Source: Lachnospiraceae bacterium (GTDB lineage: Bacteria > Bacillota > Clostridia > Lachnospirales > Lachnospiraceae). Taken from it: a stretch of 64,000 nucleotides of DNA. Where the stretch lies: assembly GCA_050874905.1 (NCBI GenBank), contig JBNMLP010000008.1:8392-72391 (forward strand), in the 5' to 3' direction. Both the position numbers and the translations under genes were made by a program. Shown one piece after another: positions 9,737-18,758 of the stretch. How positions within the stretch are numbered: the first letter of the stretch is position 1; each line of letters opens with the position of its first letter. The notes beneath the pieces were generated by a model that was given only the letters and a program-made list of their open reading frames with translations, searched no databases and was not told the DNA's origin.

Positions 9737-10906
9737 TTACATCCAGTCTGCCTTATCGCACTGTAATGCTAAAAATACAAATTCCTCATCTGCCAGAACA
9801 ATGACATCATTGTGTTTCATCGGCATCGGGCCAAATAACAGCTCATCATTGATATAGATCAGATCTCTTGTTTCATCCGGCTGCAGGAAGCATTTTTTGG
9901 AACGTGGATCATAGGTAATGATCGCATGACGATCTCTGCTGATCTTGCTGTTTCCGGATAAACAAATATCCATCGCAGTGGAACGTCCAATGAAATTACG
10001 TCCTTGTTTTACTTCGTAGCTTCTTCCTTTATGTGCACCCTTAATAGCAACCAGCCATCCGATCACCGGATTGGAATTCAGTTCTTCCGGTGTAATGTCA
10101 TCCGGAATACGGCTTGATACGGCACTTGCAACCGTGTCCTTTAACGTCGTCTTCTCTTCTTCCTCCTGTGGCGTTTCTTGTGCCTCAAATGGCTGCGGTT
10201 TTGTTTCGTCTTCCTCTTTGCTCTCTGGCTCTGGTTCCGGTTCTGTTACCGCTTCTGGTTCTTCTGAAACAACCGGCTCCTCTGCTACTGCTGCCGCTGC
10301 CACTGCTTCCGGCTCCTCAGCAGCCACCGGTTCTTCTGTCTTTGCTTCATCCAAAGGAATCTCCGGTTCTGCCGGAGCACTTTCTTCCTCCCCGGAAGAC
10401 TCCGGTTCTTCGATTTCCACAGTATCTTCTTCCAATTCCGGCTCTATGTTCTCCTCTGTCCGCTCCGGCTCTGTATTGACCGCAGATGCAGGAACTTCTT
10501 CCGGCTCGATCACGATCTCCTGCTCTTCCTCGCGTTTTTCCTCATGAGGAACAAATTCTTCTTCCACCTGTAGCTGCTCCACTTTCTCAGCCGCTACGGC
10601 TGCCTCCTGCTCATTTAAACGGATGGTCACCATTTCATCCAGATCTTCTTCCTCGTTCGCTGCCGCCGCTGGTTCCGGTGTTTCCTGCACCGGCTGGCTG
10701 GAAGAAAACATCATACGATCCTCTACTTCCACCTTCTTCTGTGGTTCCGGTTCTTTCACCGGTGCAACCGGCTCCTCTTTTTTGGCATCCGGATCTTCAT
10801 ATGCTACAGTTTCACTCGGTGCCACCTGCATCCCTGTACAGTGTGGACAAGAGGTAAACTTATCCTTATCATAAAAATGCCCTCTCTCACATCTGGCTAA
10901 TCTCAT
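9737..10906 (-). CDS. FHA-domain protein: N-terminal Cys/His zinc knuckle, long Glu/Pro-rich linker, C-terminal FHA
   Basis: RCERGHFY...SCPHC at N-terminus; about 250 aa acidic linker; GWLVAIKG...FIGRS...KISRDRHA FHA core. Confidence 0.85.
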   Translation of the reverse strand: MRLARCERGHFYDKDKFTSCPHCTGMQVAPSETVAYEDPDAKKEEPVAPVKEPEPQKKVEVEDRMMFSSSQPVQETPEPAAAANEEEDLDEMVTIRLNEQEAAVAAEKVEQLQVEEEFVPHEEKREEEQEIVIEPEEVPASAVNTEPERTEENIEPELEEDTVEIEEPESSGEEESAPAEPEIPLDEAKTEEPVAAEEPEAVAAAAVAEEPVVSEEPEAVTEPEPEPESKEEDETKPQPFEAQETPQEEEEKTTLKDTVASAVSSRIPDDITPEELNSNPVIGWLVAIKGAHKGRSYEVKQGRNFIGRSTAMDICLSGNSKISRDRHAIITYDPRSKKCFLQPDETRDLIYINDELLFGPMPMKHNDVIVLADEEFVFLALQCDKADWM

Positions 10907-10927
10907 GTTACATCCTCCTTTATGTTT

Positions 10928-11710
10928 TTATTCTTCTTCCTGATAATAAATGACAACGACCGAAGTATTGTCCTGACTGGTAAGAGAAGACAATACTGCT
11001 GTTTCTGTCAAGGTATCTGCTGCCGTCTGCGCATCCGGGAAATGAGACACACAGATCTCATGAATCTTTTTCTCCGGCAGCGTCCGATAGAGTCCATCAC
11101 TGCACAACAGAACGACATCCTTTGGCTGTAACAGAAACGGCTCTAAGTTAATATCCATCAGCGAAACATTTCCAATTCCTAAAAAACTGATCAATGCTTC
11201 CGCCTTGCTTTCCTCCTGCTCATACACTTCCTTTGTGATCTCGCCGCTTTGCAGTGCCTGATCCAGGCGCATCCGGTAATTATGATCCCGGTTGACTGCC
11301 ATGATCTCTTTTCCACGAAGAATGTAGATCCGGCTGTCCCCCACGGAAAGCCAATAAAGTGCATTCTGCTCAATGATCGCAGCCACTACCGTTGTTCCTG
11401 CACCGAGCAGCTTTCGTTCCTCATCTGCCAGCTCATGCACCACCGTATCCATCTCGATCGCCTCCTGGCGCATGAAATAGGGAATCTTCATGGTGCGATC
11501 CCGTTTCTCGTAATCTTCTGCAAATGTCTGCAATGCGGTCTGGCTCGCAAGTGCGCCGCCATTTAATCCACCCATTCCATCGCAAAGCACTGCCATCGCA
11601 GAATCTTTATGAACTTCTCCATAGACACTGTCCTGTTGATCCGGTCTTGTTCCGATCAGACTGGATACCCCCAGTGACAATCGCCTTGGTTTCTTATTCG
11701 TATCACACAT
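10928..11710 (-). CDS. PP2C-family Ser/Thr phosphatase
   Basis: GTRPDQQD, LCDGMGG, VGDSR, LCSDGL, QDNTS motifs. Confidence 0.92.
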   Translation of the reverse strand: MCDTNKKPRRLSLGVSSLIGTRPDQQDSVYGEVHKDSAMAVLCDGMGGLNGGALASQTALQTFAEDYEKRDRTMKIPYFMRQEAIEMDTVVHELADEERKLLGAGTTVVAAIIEQNALYWLSVGDSRIYILRGKEIMAVNRDHNYRMRLDQALQSGEITKEVYEQEESKAEALISFLGIGNVSLMDINLEPFLLQPKDVVLLCSDGLYRTLPEKKIHEICVSHFPDAQTAADTLTETAVLSSLTSQDNTSVVVIYYQEEE

Positions 11711-12923
11711 GCATGACTCCTACTTTCATAACTGTATTTCTGTCTCCAATGGAAAATGTCTGTCCCGGCAGTAGTTCATGCAGTGTTCCCTGTGCAAGAC
11801 GAACTCCGTTTACATACGTGCCATTCGTGGAATAATCTTCCAGATAAAAACGGTCCTTTTCTGAATCATAGTATATCTCGCAGTGATGTTTGCTCACGTA
11901 AAGATTCTTTGGAATTGCAATATCTGACTGTTTGGAACGTCCTACCGTAATGATCGTATCTTTTAAAATATTAAAGCGGCGTCCGGCATGTTCTCCTTTG
12001 ATCGACTCCACATAAGGAGAGATCACTACCTTATCATCATAGAGCGTGGTATCCAGTCCCAGCTCCACCATAAACTGCTTCATATCCTGCGTTCGCTCCC
12101 GGTAATCAAGCATCAGCGCATGATCTACCGCCCGCGATAATTCCGGAGTCAATTCCGGGAAAATAACACGAAGTGGAATATAGGACTCCCCGCTCAGCCG
12201 CTCCGGAGCAGTCGGGATCATCATTCCGGTCATACAGTAATACATCGTCCCCGCTAAGGAATATACATCGGTAAAGCTGCCCTGCACGCCCCGCTGTGAA
12301 TACTGTTCCGGCGGAGCAAAACCCGGCTTTAACGCAATGGACGCTGTTTCATTGCGCACACTCAGATTGTTTTTGGCATTTCCAAAATCAATCACCCTGA
12401 CTTCATTGTTTGTTGTGATAAAAATGTTATCCGGGCTGACATCCCGATGAAAAATTCCTTTTAATTCATGTACTTTGTTTAAGGCATATGCGACATTTCC
12501 TATGATCGCCAGTGTCTCACCGCTTCCGAGCCGTCCGTTCTTTTCCTTCAGATGTTCCTTGAGCGTCTTTCCCTCCAGATACTGCATAATAAAATACGAA
12601 GTATTGTTCTGGTTGAAGCAGTCCATAACCGGAACGATACCCGGAATGGAATCCAGACGCCTGAGTACATCGGCTTCCTCTAAGAATTTCTTTCGTCCAT
12701 GTTCCAAAGAGGTCACGGAATCTGCTGATTTTGGTTCGATATGATAACCATCCTCTGCACGCCGGCACAGAGAATTTGGGGCATACTCTTTCATTGCATA
12801 CACCTTGTCGGTATAGACATCCAGTACCTTATAGGTGATGCCAAACCCTCCGATGCCTATCACATCCATGATCTTATAACGATTTTTGATCGTCTGGTGT
12901 ATCGGTAATGTGAACTGTCCCAT
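11703..12923 (-). CDS. Ser/Thr protein kinase with C-terminal FHA domain
   Basis: IGIGGFGITY, AMKEY, HRDVSPDN, DFGNA, FAPPEQ; C-terminal VGRS...VSKHH...STNGTYVNG. Confidence 0.92.
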   Translation of the reverse strand: MGQFTLPIHQTIKNRYKIMDVIGIGGFGITYKVLDVYTDKVYAMKEYAPNSLCRRAEDGYHIEPKSADSVTSLEHGRKKFLEEADVLRRLDSIPGIVPVMDCFNQNNTSYFIMQYLEGKTLKEHLKEKNGRLGSGETLAIIGNVAYALNKVHELKGIFHRDVSPDNIFITTNNEVRVIDFGNAKNNLSVRNETASIALKPGFAPPEQYSQRGVQGSFTDVYSLAGTMYYCMTGMMIPTAPERLSGESYIPLRVIFPELTPELSRAVDHALMLDYRERTQDMKQFMVELGLDTTLYDDKVVISPYVESIKGEHAGRRFNILKDTIITVGRSKQSDIAIPKNLYVSKHHCEIYYDSEKDRFYLEDYSTNGTYVNGVRLAQGTLHELLPGQTFSIGDRNTVMKVGVMHV

Positions 12924-12948
12924 TTGTTACGTCCCCGCCTTTCCAACG

Positions 12949-13317
12949 TTAATCCAGCCGGAAATTATTTCCTGACTGTCCAATAATGATAAATGTTCCT
13001 TTTGGAACAATACGGCTTTTTCCTTTCTCAATGCGCTCTCTTCCAATGAATGTTCCATTGGTGGAGTGATCTGTCACAATGTACGTGTGATCCTGTGGAT
13101 CAAATGTAATCGTACAGTGCATCCGGCTCACGTTATTGTCATCAATGATCAGCTCCGAACATGCCGGGTCACGACCAATGACCACACTGCCGTCAAACTC
13201 GATCTTGCTGCCCTCATACTGCCCTTTGGTTGCCGTAAGTGTTGTGATCGTGCTTAACTGTTCTTCTTCCTGATCTTCCTGCCGTTCACTGGCCTGAAAA
13301 AATCTTAATAATCCCAT
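12949..13317 (-). CDS. Stand-alone FHA domain protein
   Basis: VIGRD...VSRMHC...STNGTF. Confidence 0.9.
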   Translation of the reverse strand: MGLLRFFQASERQEDQEEEQLSTITTLTATKGQYEGSKIEFDGSVVIGRDPACSELIIDDNNVSRMHCTITFDPQDHTYIVTDHSTNGTFIGRERIEKGKSRIVPKGTFIIIGQSGNNFRLD

Positions 13318-13347
13318 GCTGCTACCTCCTGAATCTGTTCCCTGTTT

Positions 13348-14094
13348 CTATTGTTCTGCTTTCTCCTGCGTAACCCATACGACCACCGCAGAATAATTGT
13401 CCATATTCTGCCCATGTCCCTGCATTTTCACATGTGCCGCCATCTCAGAAAGCCATTGTTCCACGCTGTCTGCTTCGTTTAAAAGCTGCTGCATCTTCGC
13501 TTCCACAATGTGCTCCCAGAAACCATCGGAGCATAATAAAAATGCCTGTTCCTCTTTTACGGAAATCGGTTCGGATAAGGTAAACTCGTCTTTTTCCCAC
13601 GGCCTGCCCATCGCCTTCAATAACCGGTTCCGATCCGGATGATGCCTGATCTCGTCTTCTGTAATTTCACCCGCATATACTAAAATCTGTGGGACACTGT
13701 GGTCAAGCGTGTGCGTAACCAGCGTACCATTCTCAAAATAATATAATCTGGAATCTCCCACATGTGCCCATTGAATGGCAGAACCAATCGATAAGAGCAC
13801 CATCGTTGTCATCATATCACCATATGCGTTTTTCTGTTTGGTATCACATAACTCCTGTTGTGCGCTGCGGAACGTCTCCTCCAAAAAGTCCGGTGCCAAG
13901 CGTTTCTCCGGCTGCAAAAAACAAGACTCTACTGCCTCACACACTGTCCTGGAAGCAACTTCTCCAAAACCATGTCCGCCGAGTCCGTCCGCAACAGCAA
14001 ACATGTACTGCCCTTCTGTCCCTAAAGTCAGTACCGCGTCCTCATTATAACTACGATCACCAACCATAGAAATACTGGCATACTGCACCTTCAT
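13348..14094 (-). CDS. PP2C-family Ser/Thr phosphatase
   Basis: GDRSYNED, VADGLGG, VGDSR, LCSDGFW, MDNYS; start placed at MKVQY (14094), ORF track extends 55 codons further upstream. Confidence 0.9.
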   Translation of the reverse strand: MKVQYASISMVGDRSYNEDAVLTLGTEGQYMFAVADGLGGHGFGEVASRTVCEAVESCFLQPEKRLAPDFLEETFRSAQQELCDTKQKNAYGDMMTTMVLLSIGSAIQWAHVGDSRLYYFENGTLVTHTLDHSVPQILVYAGEITEDEIRHHPDRNRLLKAMGRPWEKDEFTLSEPISVKEEQAFLLCSDGFWEHIVEAKMQQLLNEADSVEQWLSEMAAHVKMQGHGQNMDNYSAVVVWVTQEKAEQ

Positions 14095-14262
14095 TCTTTT
14101 GCCTGTTTCACTTTTTGTCATCTGTCCTAAGCTCCTGCATTTATACTGCCACACATCTACTCTCTCTAGTATACAACAAAACTGCCCATTAGAAAATAGG
14201 CAGTTGTTAGTTTTGTATAAAATTTTTCTGATTCTCATTTGATTCAAGTTAAATTGCACAAA

Positions 14263-15699
14263 TCATAGAACGTCCCACAAAGGCTCTAAATGATATATAC
14301 CATTATAGAATGCACCACATATAGAGTCGTAATCCTCCCACGCATACGAGGTAAGGGAAAGCCAGAAAATCGTATGGATGAAGCGTAGCGTCATACGATC
14401 CACCTCGTCCCCCAGCAGTTCCAGATAAAACTCCTCCATATCTTCCCAGTGATTAGAACCGGTCTGCACCTCGACCTCATTTTCATGGATCGACAGTGAA
14501 AAGTTCTTGTTATTAAACTGATCGAAATTACCTGCCACCGAATAGTAAAGCTTTGCCCAGTCATATTTGGCATCCCCGTAAAGCTCTGTAAATCCAAAAT
14601 AACCACGCGGATCAATCAGGATCGGTTCTCTCCCCTCGTCCGTTTCCCGAAACATAATATTGGAAAACGTACAATCTCCATGAATGACGGTGAATTCCTC
14701 TGTCGCAAGTTTTTCTGTCAGTTGTTCAAATGCTTCCTTATGAAATAAAATGTTGCGGCAGCGGCGTTTGTTGACCACGATTTCCTTCTGGTCGGCAAAT
14801 GGGATCACATCCCGCACCTGATTCAAACGATCAAACGTCTTGTCCGCATAAGCATTCTTCAAACTTGCTTTCTCTGCCGGAATTTTTCCAAGTGCGTGCA
14901 GCTTCTTCAGCATGTCCACGGTATCCGTAAGCATGGCTGCCTTTTCCTCGTAAGTCAGATGCTCATAGGCATACATATTTTTTCCCGTGATACGTTCCAT
15001 AATAAATGGTTCATAACTGTAGATACGCGGCAATTGTTCAAATCCCATCTGTTGTACTGACTGATACCATGAGATCTCGCGTGCCGCAAGCTGCTGCCCC
15101 TGTGCATCGCGCCCCTCTTTTAATATGAACTCTTCTGACCATTCCATCTGATTAAACGGGCGGCAATGCCGGTCCACCACCTGTTTCACTTTTTCTATGG
15201 AATCATAACAAATGCTGCCTTTTAAATCCCATACTTCTGTCTGCGCAGGGTTCACAGTATCTGTAAAAAACTGTTCTACCAGTGCTTTCGTATTCTTTTC
15301 CTCTCCATTCCGGTACAAAAGGGCAGCATTTTTTCCATCAATCCGTCCGAGAAACGTATCATTTTCTTCCGGGAATGCACAATCCTTCGCCAGGATCACA
15401 TTTCCCTTGATCAACAATGCCTGCCCGGCAGACTGCCATTTTTCCTTTATCGTGTCAGTAAGCTGTTCCCTTTTTATGATCGTCATATCTCCTTTAAAAA
15501 AAGAAGAAACATAACGCTTTAATACATCAAATTGATAATCGCCTACTACGATATAATGTGCTTTGGGAAATCGTCGTAACAAATGGAACAGGATTGGACA
15601 GTTATCCACCGGCACCAATGCATTGGGCTTATTTTGGGTATAATATGCCAATGCCTCACCACGTTCCTCCGCCTGAACCAGAATATATTGTAACTGCAT
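14263..15699 (-). CDS. Fusion of degenerate nucleotidyltransferase-like domain and APH/choline-kinase-like phosphotransferase
   Basis: N-terminal VQAEERGEAL...TQNKPNALVPV; C-terminal IHGDCTFSNIMF and LIDPRGYFG; ATG 15699 behind AAGGAG. Confidence 0.7.
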   Translation of the reverse strand: MQLQYILVQAEERGEALAYYTQNKPNALVPVDNCPILFHLLRRFPKAHYIVVGDYQFDVLKRYVSSFFKGDMTIIKREQLTDTIKEKWQSAGQALLIKGNVILAKDCAFPEENDTFLGRIDGKNAALLYRNGEEKNTKALVEQFFTDTVNPAQTEVWDLKGSICYDSIEKVKQVVDRHCRPFNQMEWSEEFILKEGRDAQGQQLAAREISWYQSVQQMGFEQLPRIYSYEPFIMERITGKNMYAYEHLTYEEKAAMLTDTVDMLKKLHALGKIPAEKASLKNAYADKTFDRLNQVRDVIPFADQKEIVVNKRRCRNILFHKEAFEQLTEKLATEEFTVIHGDCTFSNIMFRETDEGREPILIDPRGYFGFTELYGDAKYDWAKLYYSVAGNFDQFNNKNFSLSIHENEVEVQTGSNHWEDMEEFYLELLGDEVDRMTLRFIHTIFWLSLTSYAWEDYDSICGAFYNGIYHLEPLWDVL

Positions 15700-15795
15700 A
15701 CTGCAACTCCTTATGTCAGTTTGTTTTTTCATACTTATCCACTATTTTACTAATAATCACAAGGATTTGCAAGAGGGCATAAACCATCTCACTTT

Positions 15796-16251
15796 TTATA
15801 CGTCCCTTTTCTGCACCATCCGAATCAGTTTTTCCAATGAGGCAGCAAAACGTGCATCATCCTCTGCCGTCCTCTTTTTCGGTCCCTTCACATGATTCTT
15901 ATGGGAATCCTTCCTTGCCTTTTTATTCAAGTGACGTTCCATCAGCATCTGATCGATATTTTCATTCGTATACCATTTGCCCGACTGGTGGATCGCAAAT
16001 GCTCCTTTTCCAAGTGCCATGGCAGCCACCCCGTAATCCTGTGATACCACAATGTCCCCCCGGTGACAAATGCTGATCAGCTTATAATCTACCGCATCTG
16101 CTCCGGCTCCTACCACAACTACCTCGCTGTAATCTGAGGTAAGCACATGATTGGTATCACAAAGAAGTGTGACCGGAATATCATATTTTTGAGCGATCTG
16201 TTCGCTAATGCGGACAACCGGACAGGCATCCGCGTCAATCAATAGGTGCAT
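15796..16251 (-). CDS. YaiI/YqxD (UPF0178) family protein
   Basis: IDADACPV, GADAVD, DIVVSQDYGVAAMAL. Confidence 0.9.
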   Translation of the reverse strand: MHLLIDADACPVVRISEQIAQKYDIPVTLLCDTNHVLTSDYSEVVVVGAGADAVDYKLISICHRGDIVVSQDYGVAAMALGKGAFAIHQSGKWYTNENIDQMLMERHLNKKARKDSHKNHVKGPKKRTAEDDARFAASLEKLIRMVQKRDV

Positions 16252-16275
16252 GGTTTTCCTCCTATATGCGTTCTA

Positions 16276-16656
16276 TTACAATTCTTTTTTGGCTCTTTCT
16301 ATCTCCTGTGTGATCCACGTCATGATCACATCCACCAGATATGCCTGCTGCTTTTCTCCAAGCTGCATCCCGGACGGTATTTTATGCCACTTGCGGATAC
16401 ATTCCCGGCAGCAAGTAGCCGTCGCATGCTGTGCAACAAAGACCGGATGTCCTCTCATGGGTGTCTGCTTTCCATCGTTTGGAATCACCGCAGGAGCCTG
16501 CCTTTTGGCAATAAAATCCGCTGCATGCTGCCGGATCACATCCAATCCCTTTTGATCAATATAGTCAAGATCCTTTTGACTTAAATGGAAACGACTGCGG
16601 AATTTGGAATTGCCCAGTCTGATAAAAAGTTGTTCATACCATTCTTCTTTGGTCAT
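16276..16656 (-). CDS. DUF4186 family protein
   Basis: SKFRSRFHL, NDGKQTPMRGHPVFVAQHATATCCRECIRKWH; ATG 16656 behind GAGG. Confidence 0.85.
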   Translation of the reverse strand: MTKEEWYEQLFIRLGNSKFRSRFHLSQKDLDYIDQKGLDVIRQHAADFIAKRQAPAVIPNDGKQTPMRGHPVFVAQHATATCCRECIRKWHKIPSGMQLGEKQQAYLVDVIMTWITQEIERAKKEL

Positions 16657-16742
16657 ATCATGCCTCATCTCTACTTTCCATGAAAGATTCCCTGTAGGAT
16701 CACTCACGCTATCAACATTATACCATTTCTTTTCCGACTAAA

Positions 16743-16774
16743 AAAGTGGCATACCAAAACTGATATGCCACTTT
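16743..16774. terminator. Rho-independent terminator downstream of the GGGtGRT gene
   Basis: AAAGTGGCATA...TATGCCACTTT with a T run on the minus strand. Confidence 0.7.
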
Positions 16775-16800
16775 CTTTATTCACATTTGTATAACCAAGT

Positions 16801-16837
16801 GTGTGCAACGGGTGAGCAACGGGTGTGCAACGGGTGC
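16801..16837. repeat. Tandem 11-bp repeat GTG(T/A)GCAACGG x3.4
   Basis: GTGTGCAACGG GTGAGCAACGG GTGTGCAACGG GTGC read directly from the sequence. Confidence 0.9.
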
Positions 16838-16886
16838 TTATTTACCGTTATCCACAATTGTTTAAAGCCTTATTTTATGCGGCTTT

Positions 16887-17897
16887 TTAGAACTTACCAG
16901 CGTCTGCAGCTTCCTGAACAGCTACGGCTACAGCTACCGTCATACCAACCATTGGGTTGTTTCCTGCACCGATCAGACCCATCATCTCTACGTGAGCTGG
17001 TACAGAAGATGATCCTGCGAACTGTGCATCAGAGTGCATACGTCCTAAAGTATCTGTCATACCATAAGAAGCAGGACCTGCTGCCATGTTATCTGGATGT
17101 AAGGTACGTCCTGTACCACCACCGGATGCTACAGAGAAGTATTTCTTACCCTGCTCTAAACACTCTTTCTTGTATGTTCCTGCTACTGGATGCTGGAAAC
17201 GTGTAGGGTTGGTTGAGTTACCAGTGATAGATACATCAACACCCTCTTTGTGCATGATCGCAACACCCTCTGGTACAGAGTTCGCACCATAGCAGTTAAC
17301 CTTTGCACGAAGTCCGTCAGAATATGACTTACGGAATACTTCTTTTACTTCGTTTGTATATGGATCATACTCTGTCTCAACAAAAGTAAATCCGTTGATA
17401 CGGGAAATGATCTGAGCTGCATCTTTTCCTAAACCATTTAAGATAACACGTAAAGGCTCTTTACGAACTTTGTTTGCTTTCTCTGCGATACCGATTGCTC
17501 CCTCAGCAGCAGCGAATGACTCATGTCCTGCTAAGAATGCGAAACATTTGGTATCTTCTTCCAGTAACATCTTACCTAAGTTACCATGTCCTAAACCTAC
17601 TTTACGAGTATCTGCAACAGAACCCGGAATACAGAAAGACTGAAGTCCTTCTCCGATTGCTGCTGCTGCGTCTGCTGCTCTTCTGCATCCCTTCTTGATT
17701 GCGATAGCAGCACCTACTGTATATGCCCAGCAAGCGTTCTCAAAACAGATTGGCTGGATAGCCTTGATCTGATCGTAAACATTAAGACCAGCATCTTTGG
17801 TGATCTTCTCTGCTTCTTCGATAGAGGAGATACCGTAGCTTGCTAATACTTCATTGATCTGTTTAATTCTTCTTTCATATGATTCAAATAATGCCAT
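16887..17897 (-). CDS. GGGtGRT family protein
   Basis: Eponymous SGGGTGRTLHPDN motif; MALFESYERR N-terminus; strongly biased high-expression-type codon usage. Confidence 0.9.
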   Translation of the reverse strand: MALFESYERRIKQINEVLASYGISSIEEAEKITKDAGLNVYDQIKAIQPICFENACWAYTVGAAIAIKKGCRRAADAAAAIGEGLQSFCIPGSVADTRKVGLGHGNLGKMLLEEDTKCFAFLAGHESFAAAEGAIGIAEKANKVRKEPLRVILNGLGKDAAQIISRINGFTFVETEYDPYTNEVKEVFRKSYSDGLRAKVNCYGANSVPEGVAIMHKEGVDVSITGNSTNPTRFQHPVAGTYKKECLEQGKKYFSVASGGGTGRTLHPDNMAAGPASYGMTDTLGRMHSDAQFAGSSSVPAHVEMMGLIGAGNNPMVGMTVAVAVAVQEAADAGKF

Positions 17898-17916
17898 TAT
17901 ATCGTTCCTCCTTCTC

Positions 17917-18621
17917 TTATTTCACTTCTTCGTCAGTACGTGGGTCAATGAGCTTAACAGCGTCAGCTACACGACCATACTGGCCACATGATTTCTCATA
18001 TGCTGTGTTAGGGTCATCACCTTTTTTGATGAAGTCAGTCATCTTACCAAGGTTTACGAATTTGTAACCGATGATCAAGTCATCTGCATCTAATGCGATA
18101 GCAGTAACATAACCCTCAGCCATCTCTAAGTAACGAGGACCCTTCTTTAAGGTACCATACATTGTACCAACCTGAGAACGAAGGCCTTTACCTAAATCTT
18201 CCAGACCAGCACCGATTGCAAGTCCATCCTCAGAGAATGCACTCTGTGAACGACCGTATACGATCTGTAAGAACAGCTCTCTCATAGCTGTGTTGATAGC
18301 ATCACAAACTAAGTCTGTGTTCAGTGCTTCCATTACAGTTAAACCAGGAAGGATCTCAGATGCCATAGCAGCAGAGTGGGTCATACCAGAACAACCGATG
18401 GTCTCTACCAATGCCTCCTGAATGATTCCTTCTTTTACATTCAGAGTCAGCTTACATGCACCCTGCTGTGGCGCACACCAGCCTACACCATGTGTAAATC
18501 CGGAAATATCCTTAACTTCTTTTGCCTGTACCCATTTTGCTTCCTCAGGAATTGGTGCACATCCATGATGTACGCCCTGAGCTACTGGACACATGTTTTC
18601 TACTTCTTGTGAATAAATCAT
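17917..18621 (-). CDS. NifU/IscU-like Fe-S scaffold-domain protein paired with GGGtGRT
   Basis: GWCAPQQGAC, ETIGCSGMTHS, DLVCDAIN Cys pattern. Confidence 0.75.
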   Translation of the reverse strand: MIYSQEVENMCPVAQGVHHGCAPIPEEAKWVQAKEVKDISGFTHGVGWCAPQQGACKLTLNVKEGIIQEALVETIGCSGMTHSAAMASEILPGLTVMEALNTDLVCDAINTAMRELFLQIVYGRSQSAFSEDGLAIGAGLEDLGKGLRSQVGTMYGTLKKGPRYLEMAEGYVTAIALDADDLIIGYKFVNLGKMTDFIKKGDDPNTAYEKSCGQYGRVADAVKLIDPRTDEEVK

Positions 18622-18758
18622 GTTGAAACTCCTTTCAATTGTGAATATTTAAGGGTCCGGAAGCTGCTTCCAACCGAATCCCACTATGTCCTATTTTCGC
18701 ATAAACCACGCAATTAGTCTATACCATTTCTTTATTTTTTTCGACTTTTTCCCTACAT

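Noticed and set aside
10071-10874. Ser/Leu/Pro-rich plus-strand ORFs and apparent repeats
   Set aside because: Mirror of the Glu/Pro-rich linker of the FHA protein; not a CRISPR array or separate gene (similarly 6200-6532 and 31749-32060)
16801-16837. Possible mini-CRISPR
   Set aside because: 11-bp units are directly adjacent with no spacers, and there are no cas genes in the window
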